Assembly (NCBI RefSeq): GCF_006345805.1
Contig: NW_021834174.1
Coordinates: 1-50,941 of the forward strand
DNA: 50,941 nt
Origin: Octopus sinensis
Lineage: Eukaryota
Reading direction: 5' to 3'
Position 1 is the stretch's first letter. Each line of letters starts with the position of its first letter. The notes below the pieces were generated by a model, which was given only the letters and a program-made list of their open reading frames with translations, ran no database searches and was not told the origin of the DNA. Below, one piece after another: positions 1 to 14,258 of this stretch. Made by a program: the position numbers and the translations under genes.

Positions 1-480
1 CCTTAACCAAGAGCAGCACTTCCCTTTGCTCAACATGCAAAGAGAGGCTTTCAGCTGCGAGAAAGGCGATGCCACCTTTATCTTTTCTTCCTTTCTAGTC
101 AGCACCATGACTACCTTACTCTTTCCCTCTCTACAGACAGACAACCTTTTTCTACGTATGAACTACTAACTAGCGAGTCATCCTTGTTGTCACTATCACT
201 AGAATTACTACTGTCTCTGTAACAACCAGTTGGGCAAACGAATAGATATATGTAAATAACATTTCTTCCTTCTTGGACTTAATTCTTCGAACGCATTAAT
301 ACCAGCGATGTGTAACAACATCTGATGGTCTGGTCGGTCACGTGATCACGTGATATATATATATATATATAATAATAAATATTAGGGAATAAATCCAAAT
401 TTACAGGGAAAAAAATCAGATTTAGGATTAAATCCAATTTTATAGTAAAATATATTAATATATATTAATTGTCTCTAATA

Positions 481-518
<38 letters not shown>

Positions 519-1230
519 TGAAATGTATTTCGACCGCTTGGATTGCTTTCAAGGCCACTACATCCTGTCCGATTGACTCCAAAATTTACAGGGACATGTA
601 AAAGGAGGTGTTGATGCCCGTGGGCTACGTTAGAAATCCCTATCTTAAAAAGTGTCGTTGCTAGGGCCAAAAACCCACTTTGACAAGTCCACTCCCATTG
701 TTTAATGTATCTGTCTTCCTCACTCACGCTATTTCCTCCATTCCCCTCTAACTCCCCTTCACTTTCCCTTTATAAGTTCGTCAAACGGCGTTCTTTATCT
801 CGCTGTCTGCATTCATAGAGAGAATTACCATCACCACAAACAACACACAATCATGAGAACAAATATTATGAATCAGATATTTCTTGCGTTCATTTATATA
901 TGTGTGTGTGTGTTCTATATATAAATATGTATATATAATGTATATATACAAAGCGTATATATCTGTATTTATGAATATTAAACTTTTTAATACTTTTTGA
1001 TAGTTATATATATTTTTAAACAAATTATAAATATAATTTAATAATTTTTATTTTAAATTTAAATAATTTAAATTTTTCAATTTTATATTTTATATATTTT
1101 ATATATTATATTTTTATTTTTATGTTTTTGTTTTTGGTTTTTCACTGTTTGATTTGTCTATTAGTGGTTTTATCTCTAATTTAATTTATACATATATATA
1201 TATATATATAATTTGTATATATATTGCGTG

Positions 1231-1262
<32 letters not shown>

Positions 1263-2077
1263 CATATATATATATATAATGTGTGCATTATGTGGTCGGT
1301 CAGTTCAGCTGAAAATATGCACACCTATGTTAAAAGTGCTGGCAAGTTTGCATGACAACTATTTTTTTCCTCAAATGAAAGGCGTCACCTCTAGGACAAA
1401 ATTCCTCATCTTATAAAATGTAGCCCCAGTAGACCCAAATGAAATTGGGTTATATTAACCAAAATGTGAAAAGGGATCTAAATGGGGCTGGAAGAGGATT
1501 AAAATTTAAAGGAGCGAGTGTTTAGGAATTCTCTGTTACATCAAGCTAAAAAATTTGCGCCAGCCTTTTAATCATCAATGTGTTGCCGTCCATGATGAAG
1601 AAGTTTTGAATGCTTGCCATGGTGAGTCTACTGTCGCGAGAAAGAATCACTTCAAAACTTGGTGTTTACAAATTTTCTTTTACATCAAGTTCAAAATTTT
1701 ACGCTAGCCGTTAAACTGTCAATACGTTGCTCTCCGTCGTTAAGAAATGCCAGTCATGGTGACTATACTATCCTCACATTCTATCCCTTCAAACTTTGGT
1801 TTCCAATATTTTATTATTTTTATTCAGCTTGCAAGTTCGTCTGTCCCTTTTAAATGTTAGCGTTTTGCTGTCTGCTTTGAAGCAGACCTTTCCGTTGCCA
1901 CTGCCTGATATTTCTGATTGATCTTTCTAAATATTTTATTTCTCAACTTACTCAAGATCTTTTGTTGTTTATAAATGGGAGAGAGATAGATAAAGATAGA
2001 GAGTAAGAGAAAGCGAGGGAGAGTCTGAGAGAAAGGAAGAGTAACAGAGTGGGAAAGTGAGAGAGAAAGGAGAGAGA

Positions 2078-2390
2078 ATCATCATCATCATCATCGTTTA
2101 ACGTCCGTTTTCCGTGCTAGCACGGGTTGGACAGTTTGACCGGGGTCTGGAAAGTCAGGAGGCTGCACCAGGCTCCAGTCTGATCTGGCAGTGTTTCTAC
2201 AGGTGGATGACCTTCCTAACGCCAACCACCCTGTGAGTGTAGTGGGTGCTTTTTTCGTGCCGCCGGCACAGGTGCCAGCGGGGCTCGCAGCGGCAACGAT
2301 CGGTTGGTGCTTTTTACGTGCTACCGGCACAGAAGCCAGTCAAGGTGGCGCTGCAATCGGCCACGTTCGGATGGTGCTTTTTACGTGCTG
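2078..2390 (-). mobile_element. RTE 3'-UTR/tail fragment (SINE-like)
   Basis: Reverse complement of the 13860-14140 tail including (GAT)n. Confidence 0.85.
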
Positions 2391-2963
2391 AAAGGAAGCA
2401 ACAGAAGGTAACAACGACACTCTTACCCACGCGTAGAGCGGGTCACCTTCAGCTAGTATATATATATATATATATATATGTATCAATGCCTGTGTGATAG
2501 GATGTGCTCCATGCATGACACTGTTCCATCCAAATTTTGACACTTGAGGTTAATCAGTTTAAATTCCTTCCATTTTGAATTCAAACTGGATCCTGTACAA
2601 TCAGCGGAGGGCTGTAATAATATAAAAAGCACATCATTAACGAGAGAAACAAGCAGGGGCTTCAACCTGGCCCTCCTTCATTTCATGTTACACCTGTTTC
2701 AGTATTTGGTAACACATCGTTGTGTCACACAATAGCTGCAATTGGTAGATGCACCGCATAAGGGCAGCATGTATAAAGAAATACATGCAGTAACCAAAAC
2801 GAAATACTTGAGAGGTACACGGCTTGAAGGGAAGGGAGATCAGGAGAAGGTAGAGTGGGAACACAACCCCCAGAAACACAATTGTGGACTAGTGTTGATG
2901 AGAATGGGGGCTAAGAATTGACCAGAGTTTGGGGATATAGGCTGTGCTTACATGCCCCCTTAA

Positions 2964-3432
2964 CCCTTTCGTTACTGTATTTATTTTGAGATGATCTGTG
3001 TTTCTTTCAATTATTTTAAATATAACAAAGAATTTAGTAAAATAACTTAGTTATTATTAAGCTAGTGTTAGGAACATAAATTGTGACCAAGGTTTGATGG
3101 AAGATTTTAATTCAAAACTTATGAAAACAAGACATTTATACTAAAGAGCCAGAGCCAGTTTCAGCTGGGTTGGTATCAAAAGGGTTAAGAATTGTTTCTC
3201 TATTATATTTTTAAAGCCTTTTGTTACCATATTCTGTAGAGATGCTCTGTGTTTCTTTCAATTAATTTTAAATATAACAAAGAATTATTAAAATAATGTA
3301 TTCATCATTAAGCTAGTGTTAGGAACAAATTGTGACTAAGGTTTCGTGGAAGATTTTAATTCAAAACTAATGAAAACAAGACATTTTACCACAGAGCCAG
3401 AGCCGGCTTCAGCCGGGTTAGTATCAAAATGG
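2964..3432. mobile_element. Two adjacent ~220-bp piggyBac-type MITE copies (2964-3184, 3215-3432)
   Basis: TTAA-CCC...GGG-TTAA ends in copy 1; the two copies are colinear and highly similar. Confidence 0.7.
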
Positions 3433-3925
3433 TTAAGAGAGGGGAGATAGGCGGGTAAGTAGATAACATATCAGGTGACCAGTAAGAGATTCTGGGTGCA
3501 ATAATCAAGCACCACTGGGGTTTGTGGTAGCACCATTGATAGATGCGTCCAACTACTTACAAACCTGCGGATACGCATTAACACATTAATATGCTTGCTT
3601 CCCAGCCACTCATGCGCAGAGAGTTGGTGGGTTGGTGGGGGCGGGGAATGAGTAGGAGGATTCCTTGAGCAAGACCTTTATTTCACGTTGGTCCAGTTTA
3701 CTCAGCGAAAATGAGTTGTGCCTGTATTTCAAAGGGTCAACCTTGTCACACTCTGTGTCATGCTGAATCTCCCTGAGAACTACATTAGGGGTACACGCGT
3801 CTGTGGTGTACTCAGCCATTTGCATGTTAATTTCACAAATTAGCTGTTCCGTCTTCTTTAAATTGCTCTTACTTCATTTTATAAGTTTTTAAAAACCATC
3901 TTACTTTCCTTTTCATTCAAAAGAC

Positions 3926-4009
3926 ATGGATGTAAATAAGATTATAAGCAAGATTCTGACTGGGAACTTTGAAGATGTGAAACGATTTATCAAAGAAAAT
4001 CCTGAAACG
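3926..4009 (+). CDS. Exon 1 (first detected coding exon) of ankyrin-RING-death domain gene; MDVNKIISKILTGNFEDVKRFIKENPET
   Basis: Polypyrimidine tract and AG at 3922-3923, ATG at 3926, GTAAGT donor at 4010; phase 0 matches exon 2; N-cap-like ankyrin helix. Further upstream exons cannot be excluded. Confidence 0.7.
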
Positions 4010-4169
4010 GTAAGTTTACTTTATATTGCTTCTTCAATGTTGAATGTTTGTTTATTATTTTATACACAATATTAAATGTTCCTAAATAACCAGATATATT
4101 TGTCCATAATATTTCATATCTTTCTTTACCTCTTTCCTCTAATCCTCATCATTGTCACTTTTTATAAAT

Positions 4170-4500
4170 ATTCAACCAGACAATGAGGTATGCCAGAATT
4201 GATGGAATGTCAGTGAGAGAGAAACCCATCCTCACACACTGCAATGGAATATTCTGGCAGGAAATTCAGTCCAAGAGATGGGGGACAGATGGATCCTATA
4301 GATAAATGGTGACTTTGTCAAGAAATTCTCTTGCCATACACAGTTGAAGGTTTTACCGATGTCAAGGGCTACACTATTTCTTTTGCAGAAGTTGTCAACA
4401 TAACCAAAACATGGGGAGTCACGTAGGAATCAGACCCCTGCTTGAACTGGCTTTATGGAACTGTACTGGTGCTCTTTGAATAGAAAAAGATACCCAAAGG
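4170..4500 (-). mobile_element. Highly decayed LINE RT remnant (CR1/L2/jockey-like)
   Basis: Minus-strand reading ALDIGKTFNCVW...FL...SIAV..DG..S....INSG resembles LDISKAFDRVWH...INSGVPQG; the remnant may extend further. Confidence 0.5.
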
Positions 4501-7027
4501 GACAAAGATAATGGTTGTTTATGACTTTTTACTTCATAATTGAAATATTGGAAGTTAGAATGACTGGCTGGTAGTCAGCAGATAGGACACTATCAGCAAA
4601 AATTATAAAACAGGGCTTCTCTAATAGAGTAGTACTACCATTGGGTAGGGATTGTGGAAAATTTTATAAGGACCAGGGAGCCAAGGCGGCTGTGGTGGTA
4701 CAAATATATGAAACTCAATGTGTAGTTGTGTTTGGATCAGAGAACCATCATGGTTAGGGAGCGGTGGGTGGAATGATTCTGTAAAATCTATAGAGATACT
4801 CTTGGTAAGAGACCAGAAAATGAGGCTTTAATTTGGAAGGGAAGATAGCTGACAAATGGTGAAATGCAGTAAAAAACATCCTTTATTTTCTTGATGACCA
4901 TCATACATGTATTTCAATGGTGGGTGAATGTCTGCCAGTTAGTGAGGGTAGGTGTTTTCCTCAAGGTGGAGTCGATAGTGTTGTTTGTACAGCTGTAATG
5001 CAGTTGTGTATGAACCACTCACACCTTTTTAAATATTGTATGGCTACAAACTAATGTAAGCCCTGATACTGCTGCCACATTTAGGCTCAAAATTCTGATC
5101 ACTACTTTCATAATATTTCTTATTTTCTCCATTGTTTCTTTTCATTTGTGTCTACTTTTCCATAGCTGCTCATATTTAGTTGTGATTGGTGTGTTCCAAA
5201 GATGTCACAGATGTCTAATTACAAGTAATTACTTTGTAATAGATTCAGTGACTAACATAAATAGATTATCAATCTTTTCCTTGAGCTTATGCATGAACTA
5301 AACAATCTTTATTTACCTGTTTACCTGTTACACCTTGATTTACCTGTGCTCTACACCTTTCTTGTAGATTTGCTTTCATTCTTTTCCAAGTAGATCCCAC
5401 ATTGCTGTTTCACCAGACATATGACATCTGAAGATCCATGCTTCATTTCAAACATCCTGTTCTTCTCTCACCATTTCTTAAACCTCTTTCATCATTATAG
5501 CATGAAATGAAAGTGCTACTATGCCAGACATCAGTGATAACAAAGTGTAGAATTTCATGAGCTTTACCAGGGAATACTAAACTAAAATCCAGTCTGATAT
5601 ATTCAGAATCTACACAATTATTTCTGAGGTTTTGACCCTTTATAGCTCTTCCCCTTTTCAGTTACTTTATACACCATCTTATGGCCTAATCCCTACAGTT
5701 GTATTGTTTATATGGTTTCTCTTATTTACCTGTGTGTCTCCTATCAGATACCACGTTTGAAATCTTGTCAGTGTTCTCTTCAATTCATAATTGATATCAT
5801 ACATACCAGTAATAAACTGGGATATTTTCTCAACTGATTTTTTCCCCTTCAGTCGGATAAAAGTAAGGTTGTAACTAAGACAGACATCTTATGTTTCATA
5901 AGAAAGACTCTTCCATCTACCATGAAACGGTATATTTGTACTGATTTCCCTCGATATTGCTCTGTCCACTTCTATGAAAATACAGAAAGTACAAGTCATG
6001 TAAAGAAAGACACCAATGACCATCTAAAGTGCATGCCATCGTACACGGGATAGAACACTAAAAGACAGAAAAGGGAGCAGTAAAAGGACCATAAAAAGGA
6101 AAGGGTGCATAGGAACCAGTGTTTCTGAATTACAGAAAGTGTGGTGTTTTTGAAGGTTACAGTGTTCTGACTGCTAACAACCAGTGTAGATAGTTTATTC
6201 CGTACCCTGACAATTCTGAGCATAAAATATTTGTTTCCGATACCATGGAAACTGGAATGGTTTTGTTTTTTATTTTATAAGCATGTCTGAGAGTGGTAAA
6301 GATATTAAATTCCAGAAGTGGTCAAAGTTGTTGTTGAAAGATGAGGGATAATCTTGTGGGATCAAGTGAGTTGCTAGAAAGGACAAAATTCTGTGTCGAT
6401 GCATGGAGAAGCAATACATTTAAGAAATGATAAGTGATTGAGTGAGGCTAATTTTATGGTTGTACATCTATGGACAGCTTCCAGTAGATTGGCATTCTGG
6501 ACAAAATGAGCATACCAGATTGGAGACACAACCTATACATGATGGCTGCCCCCTCGTTATCGAGTATGGCAATTGCACGAAACTTAACTGTTATTGATGC
6601 TGTGATCGAATGTGACTTTTTAGCCCAGCTAAAGATCTACAATGTCTTGTACAGAATTGGCAACTAAAACCTTTACTGGTAATAGCCGGCTGTAGTTGTA
6701 ACTGGGCTTCATGTACCTTTGCATGTCATTTAAGTCCTCCTGCCGAATTACACTCTCTTCCACATGCCCGACAGATATGATTAGTATGGTGTGTTACACC
6801 ACCACCAGTGGCCAGATTATCACTCATCTGTCTCGCTTTATGATTACAAAGATGACTCGTGAGTCATCCTATACATACATACATGCATACATATCAGTAT
6901 ATATATAACAAAGTATGGATATAGTAATCTAATTAGGTAACAATGTCTAAGTTAAATGTTTGTGAGAATTTGAAGTTGTAGCTTTATTGTACTTAGACCA
7001 GTGGTGGGACTTGAATGACTGGAACTA

Positions 7028-7059
7028 TACATACATACATACATACATACATACATACA

Positions 7060-7092
<33 letters not shown>
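7028..7092. repeat. (ATAC)n microsatellite
   Basis: Direct inspection. Confidence 0.95.
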
Positions 7093-7094
<2 letters not shown>

Positions 7095-7797
7095 GGTGGC
7101 TGCCCCCTCGTTATCGAGTATGGCCATTGTACGAAGCTTAATCAATGTTGTTATCGTGCAATGCCTGTGCAAGAAGATTTTTTTTAAAGTGAGGAAAGGC
7201 TGTGCACTGAGTCAATCCCACTTACTAAGCAACAGCCGACATAATCCGAAAAGAAGAACAAGTCAACATCATCGGTAACCACTGAGCTGCAGGTTTTATG
7301 CCGGAGTTATCCCAGTTACCTGAGTTACCTTCGCCTAGAAGAATGCCCTAACAAAGGCTAGGAGTTCTTCACTCCCAATGGTTTAACCATGCGATCGGGT
7401 ATTCGGTCCGATTATTTCTATGTTCCCGTGCATGATACAGCCTTAAGACATTTATTGGATGGCCATTGACTCTCGAGAGTTCCTCCACCCGTACATACAT
7501 ACATACATGTGTGTGTGTATGTATATGTGTGTATATGTATATGAAGGTGAATGGCTCAATGGTTAGGGCAACAGGTTCACAATCAGGAGATAGTGAGTTT
7601 GATTCCCAGTCTGGGCTGTGTGTTGTATTCTTCAGCAAGACATTTTATTTCATGTTGCACACTGGTGTGTGTGTGTGTGTGTGTGTGTGTATCTTTCTTT
7701 CTTCGTCTTTCATATCCCTTTCTTTCACTCCAGCATCTTCTTTACTCTCTCTCTCTCCTTTGATATATTTTATATATCTTCTCTTTCTTCTCTTCAG

Positions 7798-7949
7798 GTC
7801 AACCAAAGAAACTCACACAGTAAAACTTTCTTAATGGCAGCATGTGCACAGGGCAGCACAAGTCTAATGGACTTCTTGATAGAATCTGGAGCCAATATGG
7901 ACATGAGTGACAAAGCAGGTCTGACAGCTTTACATTATGCTGTGATTAA
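7798..7949 (+). CDS. Exon 2, ankyrin repeats (VNQRNSHSKTFLMAACAQG...GANMDMSDKAGLTALHYAVI)
   Basis: Acceptor ttcag at 7793-7797, donor GTAAGA at 7950; phase 0 to 2; ankyrin consensus in ORF 7618..7953. Confidence 0.9.
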
Positions 7950-9477
7950 GTAAGACTTGAATTAACTAAAATCTTCAGATCTGCTTTTGTTTTGAAGTTT
8001 TTTGCAATTCCAGACTATTTGAATATCCAAAGATACCATAATAGTGGCAGTGTGACACGATAACAGCATGATAGTAGTAACCAAATAACATCTTTTTCTC
8101 ATTTTCTCCATGAATCCTCTTCATTGAATCACAAAAATCTTTTTCGTTATTTGTTGTCAAAACAGATTTTTTTGTTTTGGAGATATTCTTTGAGAGCCAA
8201 CAGTTCTTAGAGAAATTATTTCTCACCTCCATCTGCAACTCACTCAACACATTTTGAGATCTATTATATTTTGAATTGTGCTTCATAAGGTCATCTCTGG
8301 ACAATGAAACATGTTTTGAAGTTCTTGTTAGTTTCTATAGCTTCTGCAGTCACAAATTGTTCCAGAATTTTGCACAAACACACAAACACACACACACCAT
8401 CATCGTCATCGAATGTTCCTTTTCCATGCTGGCATGCGTAGGAGGGTTTGATAGGAACAGACAAGTCAGAAGACCACACCAAACACTACTGTCTGCTTAG
8501 GTTTGGTTTCTATGGCTGGACGACCTTCCTAACACCAACCACTTTGCAGAGTGTACTGGATGCCTTTTACATGCCATCAGAACCAGTGAGGTCACCAATT
8601 AATTGCGAGACAAAGACCTCTCGACTGGTTGAGGTGGTGGTGGGGGGGAGCTAATATTGCTGGAGAGAAAGGTGTCTTGCATTAGAAGAGGGACATGGCT
8701 CCTTCAGATGGAGAAGACAGAGGAGGGAAACACTAGTTAAAATCTTGTGTTTGGCCCAAGCAAAGAAAAAAGGAAAAAATAGTGCAATAGGTGTGAAACA
8801 ACATGTAGTAAACGAATACTCTTACTCTTTTACTTGTTTCAGTCATTTGACTGCGGCCATGCTGGAGCACAGCCTTTAATCGAGCAACTCGACCCCGGGA
8901 CTTATTCTTTGTAAACCCAGTACTTATTCTATCAGTCTCTTTTTCCGAACTGCAAAGTGACGGGGACATAAACACACCAGCATCGGTTGTCAAGCAATGC
9001 TAGGGGGACAAAAACAGACACACACGCACACATATATATATATACGACGAGCTTCTTTCAGTTTCCGTCTACCAAATGGAAAGCGTGTGTATAAAATTAT
9101 AGAATTATTTTGTTTGTTAATGGTTTAAATTATTTTCCATTACTTTCGTTTTAGCCTTCCGTTTTTTACACGCGTAACAATTAATTAATTTAACAATTAA
9201 GAAAAAAAAACTTAGGGTGAGGTTTAGTGACAGGATGTTGTCTCAGTTTTAGACGCAGCAAATGATTTTAGCTCAATTAGAGGCGATTCATTGGTTAAAA
9301 TTCGAAAAATTAAACTACGTTAAACAAACGAATTACAATTTTATCAAGAAAGCCAAAAGAAAAAAATGTTTTATTTTGACACATTCTACCAGTATACGAA
9401 GTTTTAAAATGTTTAGTTAACTAGACATTGTGTTGACATTTGCCGTTCAAAAATAAAAGATCCATATATATATATAT

Positions 9478-9507
<30 letters not shown>

Positions 9508-9513
<6 letters not shown>

Positions 9514-10226
9514 CATACTTACACAACTGGGACCCCCGACGAATTTGTTTCCATATTTATAACTTTTAGATAGATGGATATCTTTTAATGAAATTTCTAT
9601 GACAAAAATGCTTCAGATGATGAAGATTCCAATTATATTGGAATTTGTTGTGAAAACAAATTTTCAAACGTTGAGAAGTTGACTTAAATCCTTATAGAAA
9701 CTTTCAGAAAAATGGATATTTTGTTTGTGTGAAAATTTCTACAAATCCCTTTCAAATGGATTAGATTAGGATTATATCGGAATTTAACATGAAAAAACAT
9801 TAAATATTTGGTGGATACACACACATATATACAGACACACATCACGGTTATTTTTCCAAAGTTCATCTTTTCATTTTCTGATGTGTATTAGTGTATATCT
9901 CTGCAAATCCACCAAGTTTTAAAATTTTCTTCATATTAAATTCCGATATAAGTGGAATCTTCACCATCTGAAACGGTTTTATTGAAAATTTCATTAGAAA
10001 ATATATATTTGGGGGGGGGGGGATAAAGCAGAACTCGGGCGAACTTTCCCAAATTTCTCTCTGCACCCACTAAAAATTTTTTTCTCACAATAAATTCCAA
10101 TATAATTGGAATCTTCGCCTTCTGAAGCATATTTTTGAAAGAAATTTCATTAAAAAATATCCATTTTTCTAGAAGTTGCAGGGAAACAAATTCGTTGGGG
10201 GAGCACACTTGTGTTGTTATGTCTAT
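9508..10226. mobile_element. MITE-like element with ~45-bp imperfect TIRs
   Basis: 9508-9552 (...acccccgacgaatttgtttcc) is inverted at 10182-10226 (ggaaacaaattcgttggggg...); internal subrepeats. Confidence 0.65.
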
Positions 10227-10251
10227 ACAGGCATGCACGCACACAGACATA

Positions 10252-10758
10252 TCTATATATATAAAACTCTAGTTGTGTGATTGTCTGTCCCCTTCGATTT
10301 AGATTCCTAACTACTCCCACATTTTGCGGTGCAGTTTAACCAAATTCGGGTATCTTATAGTCGTGATTCATATCGAGCCCGTCTGACTATTAACGCGCGT
10401 CAACGATGAGTCTATGATTTTAAAAATAATTTAACATAATTTTTTATTCCATTTTAATGCATAAAATGCATCGTATGTCGATGGCGGCGGAGTTGGCGTC
10501 CACGCTCACAGCTGCACCTGTTTGCTTCTCCCCCTTCCCTCCCTCGTGAAGCTGTGGGGAAGGAGTGTAAAGAAATCAACGTCGTAATGCGTTGTGAAGG
10601 AAACCAGCGTTCTTTTAGAACAACGACTTCATGGCTTGAAGACACCAAAACGAAAATGGCTAAGAAAGCCCGAATTTATAAGGGAAGTAACTCTCTAAAA
10701 ATGCTTATATAGTAGTTATTCCCTTACAAACCCGAGCAAAGCCGGGCGATACTGCTAG
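10252..10758 (+). mobile_element. Non-autonomous Helitron-like element
   Basis: 5' TC(TATATATAAAA); subterminal hairpin cccgagcaaagccggg at 10731-10746; 3' CTAG; sits between A and T. Confidence 0.7.
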
Positions 10759-10798
<40 letters not shown>

Positions 10799-10799
10799 T

Positions 10800-13700
10800 T
10801 CACAGGCAAGGAATACAGGTACAAGATTTTCTGGGCAGGGAACACTGACGGGGTAGGGTGCGTGGGTATACTTCTTGCAGAGAAAGGGTTGATAAGGTAG
10901 TCGAGGTAGTCAGAGTATGTGACAGAATCCTTAAGATTAGACTAGTGCTTTATCATAGGTCAGCAACCATTATCTCGGCGTATGCCCCTCGGCCGGGGCT
11001 ACCAGAAGGACAGAAAGACCGATTCTATGACACCCTATTACTGACTACCTCGTTGACAAATGACAGTGACCTTCTCTTTGTGGCAGGTGATTTAAATGGA
11101 CATGTTGGACGGCATGTCGGGGGCTTCCACGGCATACACGGGGGCCATGGTTTTGACTCTCGCAACGAGGAGGGAACCAGGCTGCTGGAGTTCTGCGATG
11201 CAAATGACCTTATGATTTGCAATACCAACTTCAGGAAACCCACCTCTCACCTAGTCACCTACCGTTCTGGCAGACACACTAGCCGGATCGACTACATCCT
11301 CGCCAGAAAGAGGGAAAAAGGGCTGCTTATTAATGCCAAAACCTTCCCAGGTGAGGAATGTACCCCTCAACATAGATTAGTAGTTAGCGACTTCAGAATC
11401 AGGGCCAAATGGATGCCCAGAATAAGACCAGTTCGGAGGAGAAGAGTCTGGAAACTTAAAGATCCTGTAAATGGTCGGAGATTTAGAGAAGTTCTACTCG
11501 AAGCTTTCGACGAAATAGAAGGGGATATAGCATCACAAAATGTGGAAGCCAACTGGAGGTTTCTACGGGACAATCTGCTGAAAGCCACTGACCAGATCTG
11601 TGGATGGAGCAAAGTCCCATCTCGTCCCAGGGTAACGTGGTGGTGGAACAGTGTTGTAGACAGGGCTATTAGAGACAAGAGACAGGCTTGGAAGGACTGG
11701 AAGAAAGGCGGTAGTAGGGAATTGTATCAGACTGCGAAAAGAGAAGCTAGGAGACAGGTATATTTAGCTAGAGGGGAAGCAGATAAGAAAAAGGACCAAA
11801 GACTTGAGGTGTTTCGTGTTGCAAGACAGTGTGTGAAAGAGAATCGTGATGTGGTAGGAGAGAAATGTGTTCGCATGGATGATGGTTCACTTGCGCTGAA
11901 TGAGGATGCAAAGAGAGAGGTTTGGAGATGCCACTATGAAAGGTTGCTCAACAAAGAGAATGAATGGATAAAGAGAGTCTGCCGAATGTCGACCCAAAAG
12001 GGGACCAGCTATCCGAGTTGACAGTTCCATGGTAGTTAAGGTAATTAGTAGCATGAAGAATGGGAAAGCCCCAGGCCCATCAGGAATTACTGCTGAGATG
12101 CTCAAAATATCTGGCAGTGTCGGCTATAGCCTAGTCACCCATATAGTTAACCAGGTGATACACGAAGGAGTCATACCCAATGACTGGTGTAGTAGCATAA
12201 TAGTCAACTGCTACAAAGGTAAGGGTGACGCTCTTGATACAAGTAATTACAGAGGTATCAAGCTGTTGGATCAGGTAATGAAGGTTACGGAAAGCGTCAT
12301 AGCCCAACTGATTAGAGAGAGAGTCAACCTAGACGAGATGCAGTTTGGTTTCGTGCCAGGGAAAAGCACCACTGATGCCATATTTCTGGTGAGACAGCTG
12401 CAGGAGAAATACCTAGCGAAAGATAAAACTCTGTACCTGGCTTTCGTTGACTTGGAGAAAGCCTTTGACAGGGTCCCCCGTTCCCTTATCTGGTGGTCAA
12501 TGAGGAAACTAGGTATAGATGAATGGTTAGTGAGAGCTGTGCGTGCCATGTACAGGGACGCTGTTAGTAAGGTGAGGGTTGGCAACGAGTACAGCAAAGA
12601 ATTCCAGGTGGAGGTTGGGGTCCACCAAGGCTCAGTCCTCAGCCCCCTCCTATTTATCATAGTCCTCCAGGCAATAACGGAGGAATTCAAGACAGGATGC
12701 CCCTGGGAGCTCCTCTATGCTGATGACCTTGCTCTAATTGCTGAATCACTATCGGAACTCGAGGAGAAGTTTCAGGTGTGGAAGCAAGGATTAGAATCGA
12801 AGGGCCTTAGAGTCAATCTAGCTAAAACCAAAGTCCTAATAAGTAGGAAGGTAGACAAATTTCAAACGCCATCAGGTAGATGGCCCTGCTCGATCTGTAG
12901 AAAAGGCGTAGGTAGGAACTCTATAAGATGCACCAAGTGTAAGCTATGGACACATAAGAGGTGCAGCAATGTCAAAGGAAGGCTAACTAGGAAAATAGTT
13001 TTGTATGTGGCAGATGCTCTGGTGCAATAAACACTGAAAATGCGCAGAGACCGTCTTCCGCCACATTCCAGGGAGAAAAACTAGAAATAGTTGATAGTTT
13101 CCGTTACCTAGGTGATCAAGTCAGTAGTGGGGGTGGGTGTGCCGAAAGTGTAACTGCTAGAGTAAGAATAGCCTGGACAAAGTTCAGAGAGCTCTTACCT
13201 CTGCTGGTGACAAAAGGCCTTTCGCTCAGAGTAAAAGGCAGACTGTATGACGCATGTGTGCGAACAGCCATGCTACATGGCAGTGAAACATGGGCTGTGA
13301 CTGCTGAGGATATGCGTAAGCTTGCAAGAAATGAAGCCAGTATGCCCCGTTGGATGTGTAATGTCAGTGTTCATACCAGACAGAGTGTAAGTGCCTTGAG
13401 AGAAAAGTTGGACCTAAGAGGTATCAGATGTGGTGTGCAAGAGAGGCGTCTACGCTGGTATGGACACGTAGTAAGAATGGATGAAGATAGTTGTGTGAAA
13501 AAGTGCCACACCCTGGCAGTTGAGGGAACCTGTGGAAGAGGCAGACCCAGGAAAACCTGGGACGAGGTGGTGAAGAACGACCTTCGCTCTTTAGGTCTCA
13601 CCAGAGATCAAGACCTTTGGAAGTATGCTGTGCGTGAGAAGACCCGGATGGACAAGTGAGGCCATACCCCATGGCCCCTATCTGGAACGTAGTCAGTGCA

Positions 13701-14142
13701 CCTATGCATACCTTCCTTCTTGGGGCACATAACTCTACTTGTGAAGACCTGTTGAGGCAAGTGAAAATGGACAAAATCAAAAGCAAACTCGATGAACACT
13801 AATGGAATTTGTAGTTTTGTGGTACCAGTGCCGGTGGCACATACAAAAACCATCCGAACGTGGCCGTAGCCAGTACCGCATTGACTGGCCTCCATGCCAG
13901 TGGCACATAAAAAAACACCATCCAAGCGTGGCCATTCGCCAGCCTCATCTGGCACCTGTGTCGGTGGCACATAAAATCACCCACTACACTCTCGGAGTGG
14001 TTGGCGTTAGGAAGGGCATCCAGCTGTAGAAACACTGCCAGATCTGACTGGCCTGGTGCAGCCTTCGGGCTTCCCAGACCCCAGTTGAACCGTCCAACCC
14101 ATGCTCGCATGGAAAGCGGACGTTAAACGATGATGATGATAT
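10800..14142 (+). mobile_element. RTE-clade LINE (APE endonuclease + RT + Cys-rich segment), frameshifted, with long 3' UTR and (GAT)n tail
   Basis: ORFs 10858..12021 (AGDLNGHVG, IDYIL), 12029..13030 (FVDLEKAFDRV, QGSVLSP, YADD) and 13207..13659 (LRWYGHV, GRGRPRKTW); tail ...gttaaacgatgatgatgat. Confidence 0.95.
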
Positions 14143-14258
14143 ACACACGCGGCTGTAATAGATATAGGTTTTTAGGCGTTTAATTGAACACGAGTGTATA
14201 TTTAATGTAATTGTTAAGTGAATGTCTCTGATGTTTTATGTTTTTTTCTTCCTTTCAG

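Noticed and set aside
760-840. Minus-strand hammerhead-like order (ctatga...gaac)
   Set aside because: The core deviates at conserved positions and helices I and III do not pair.
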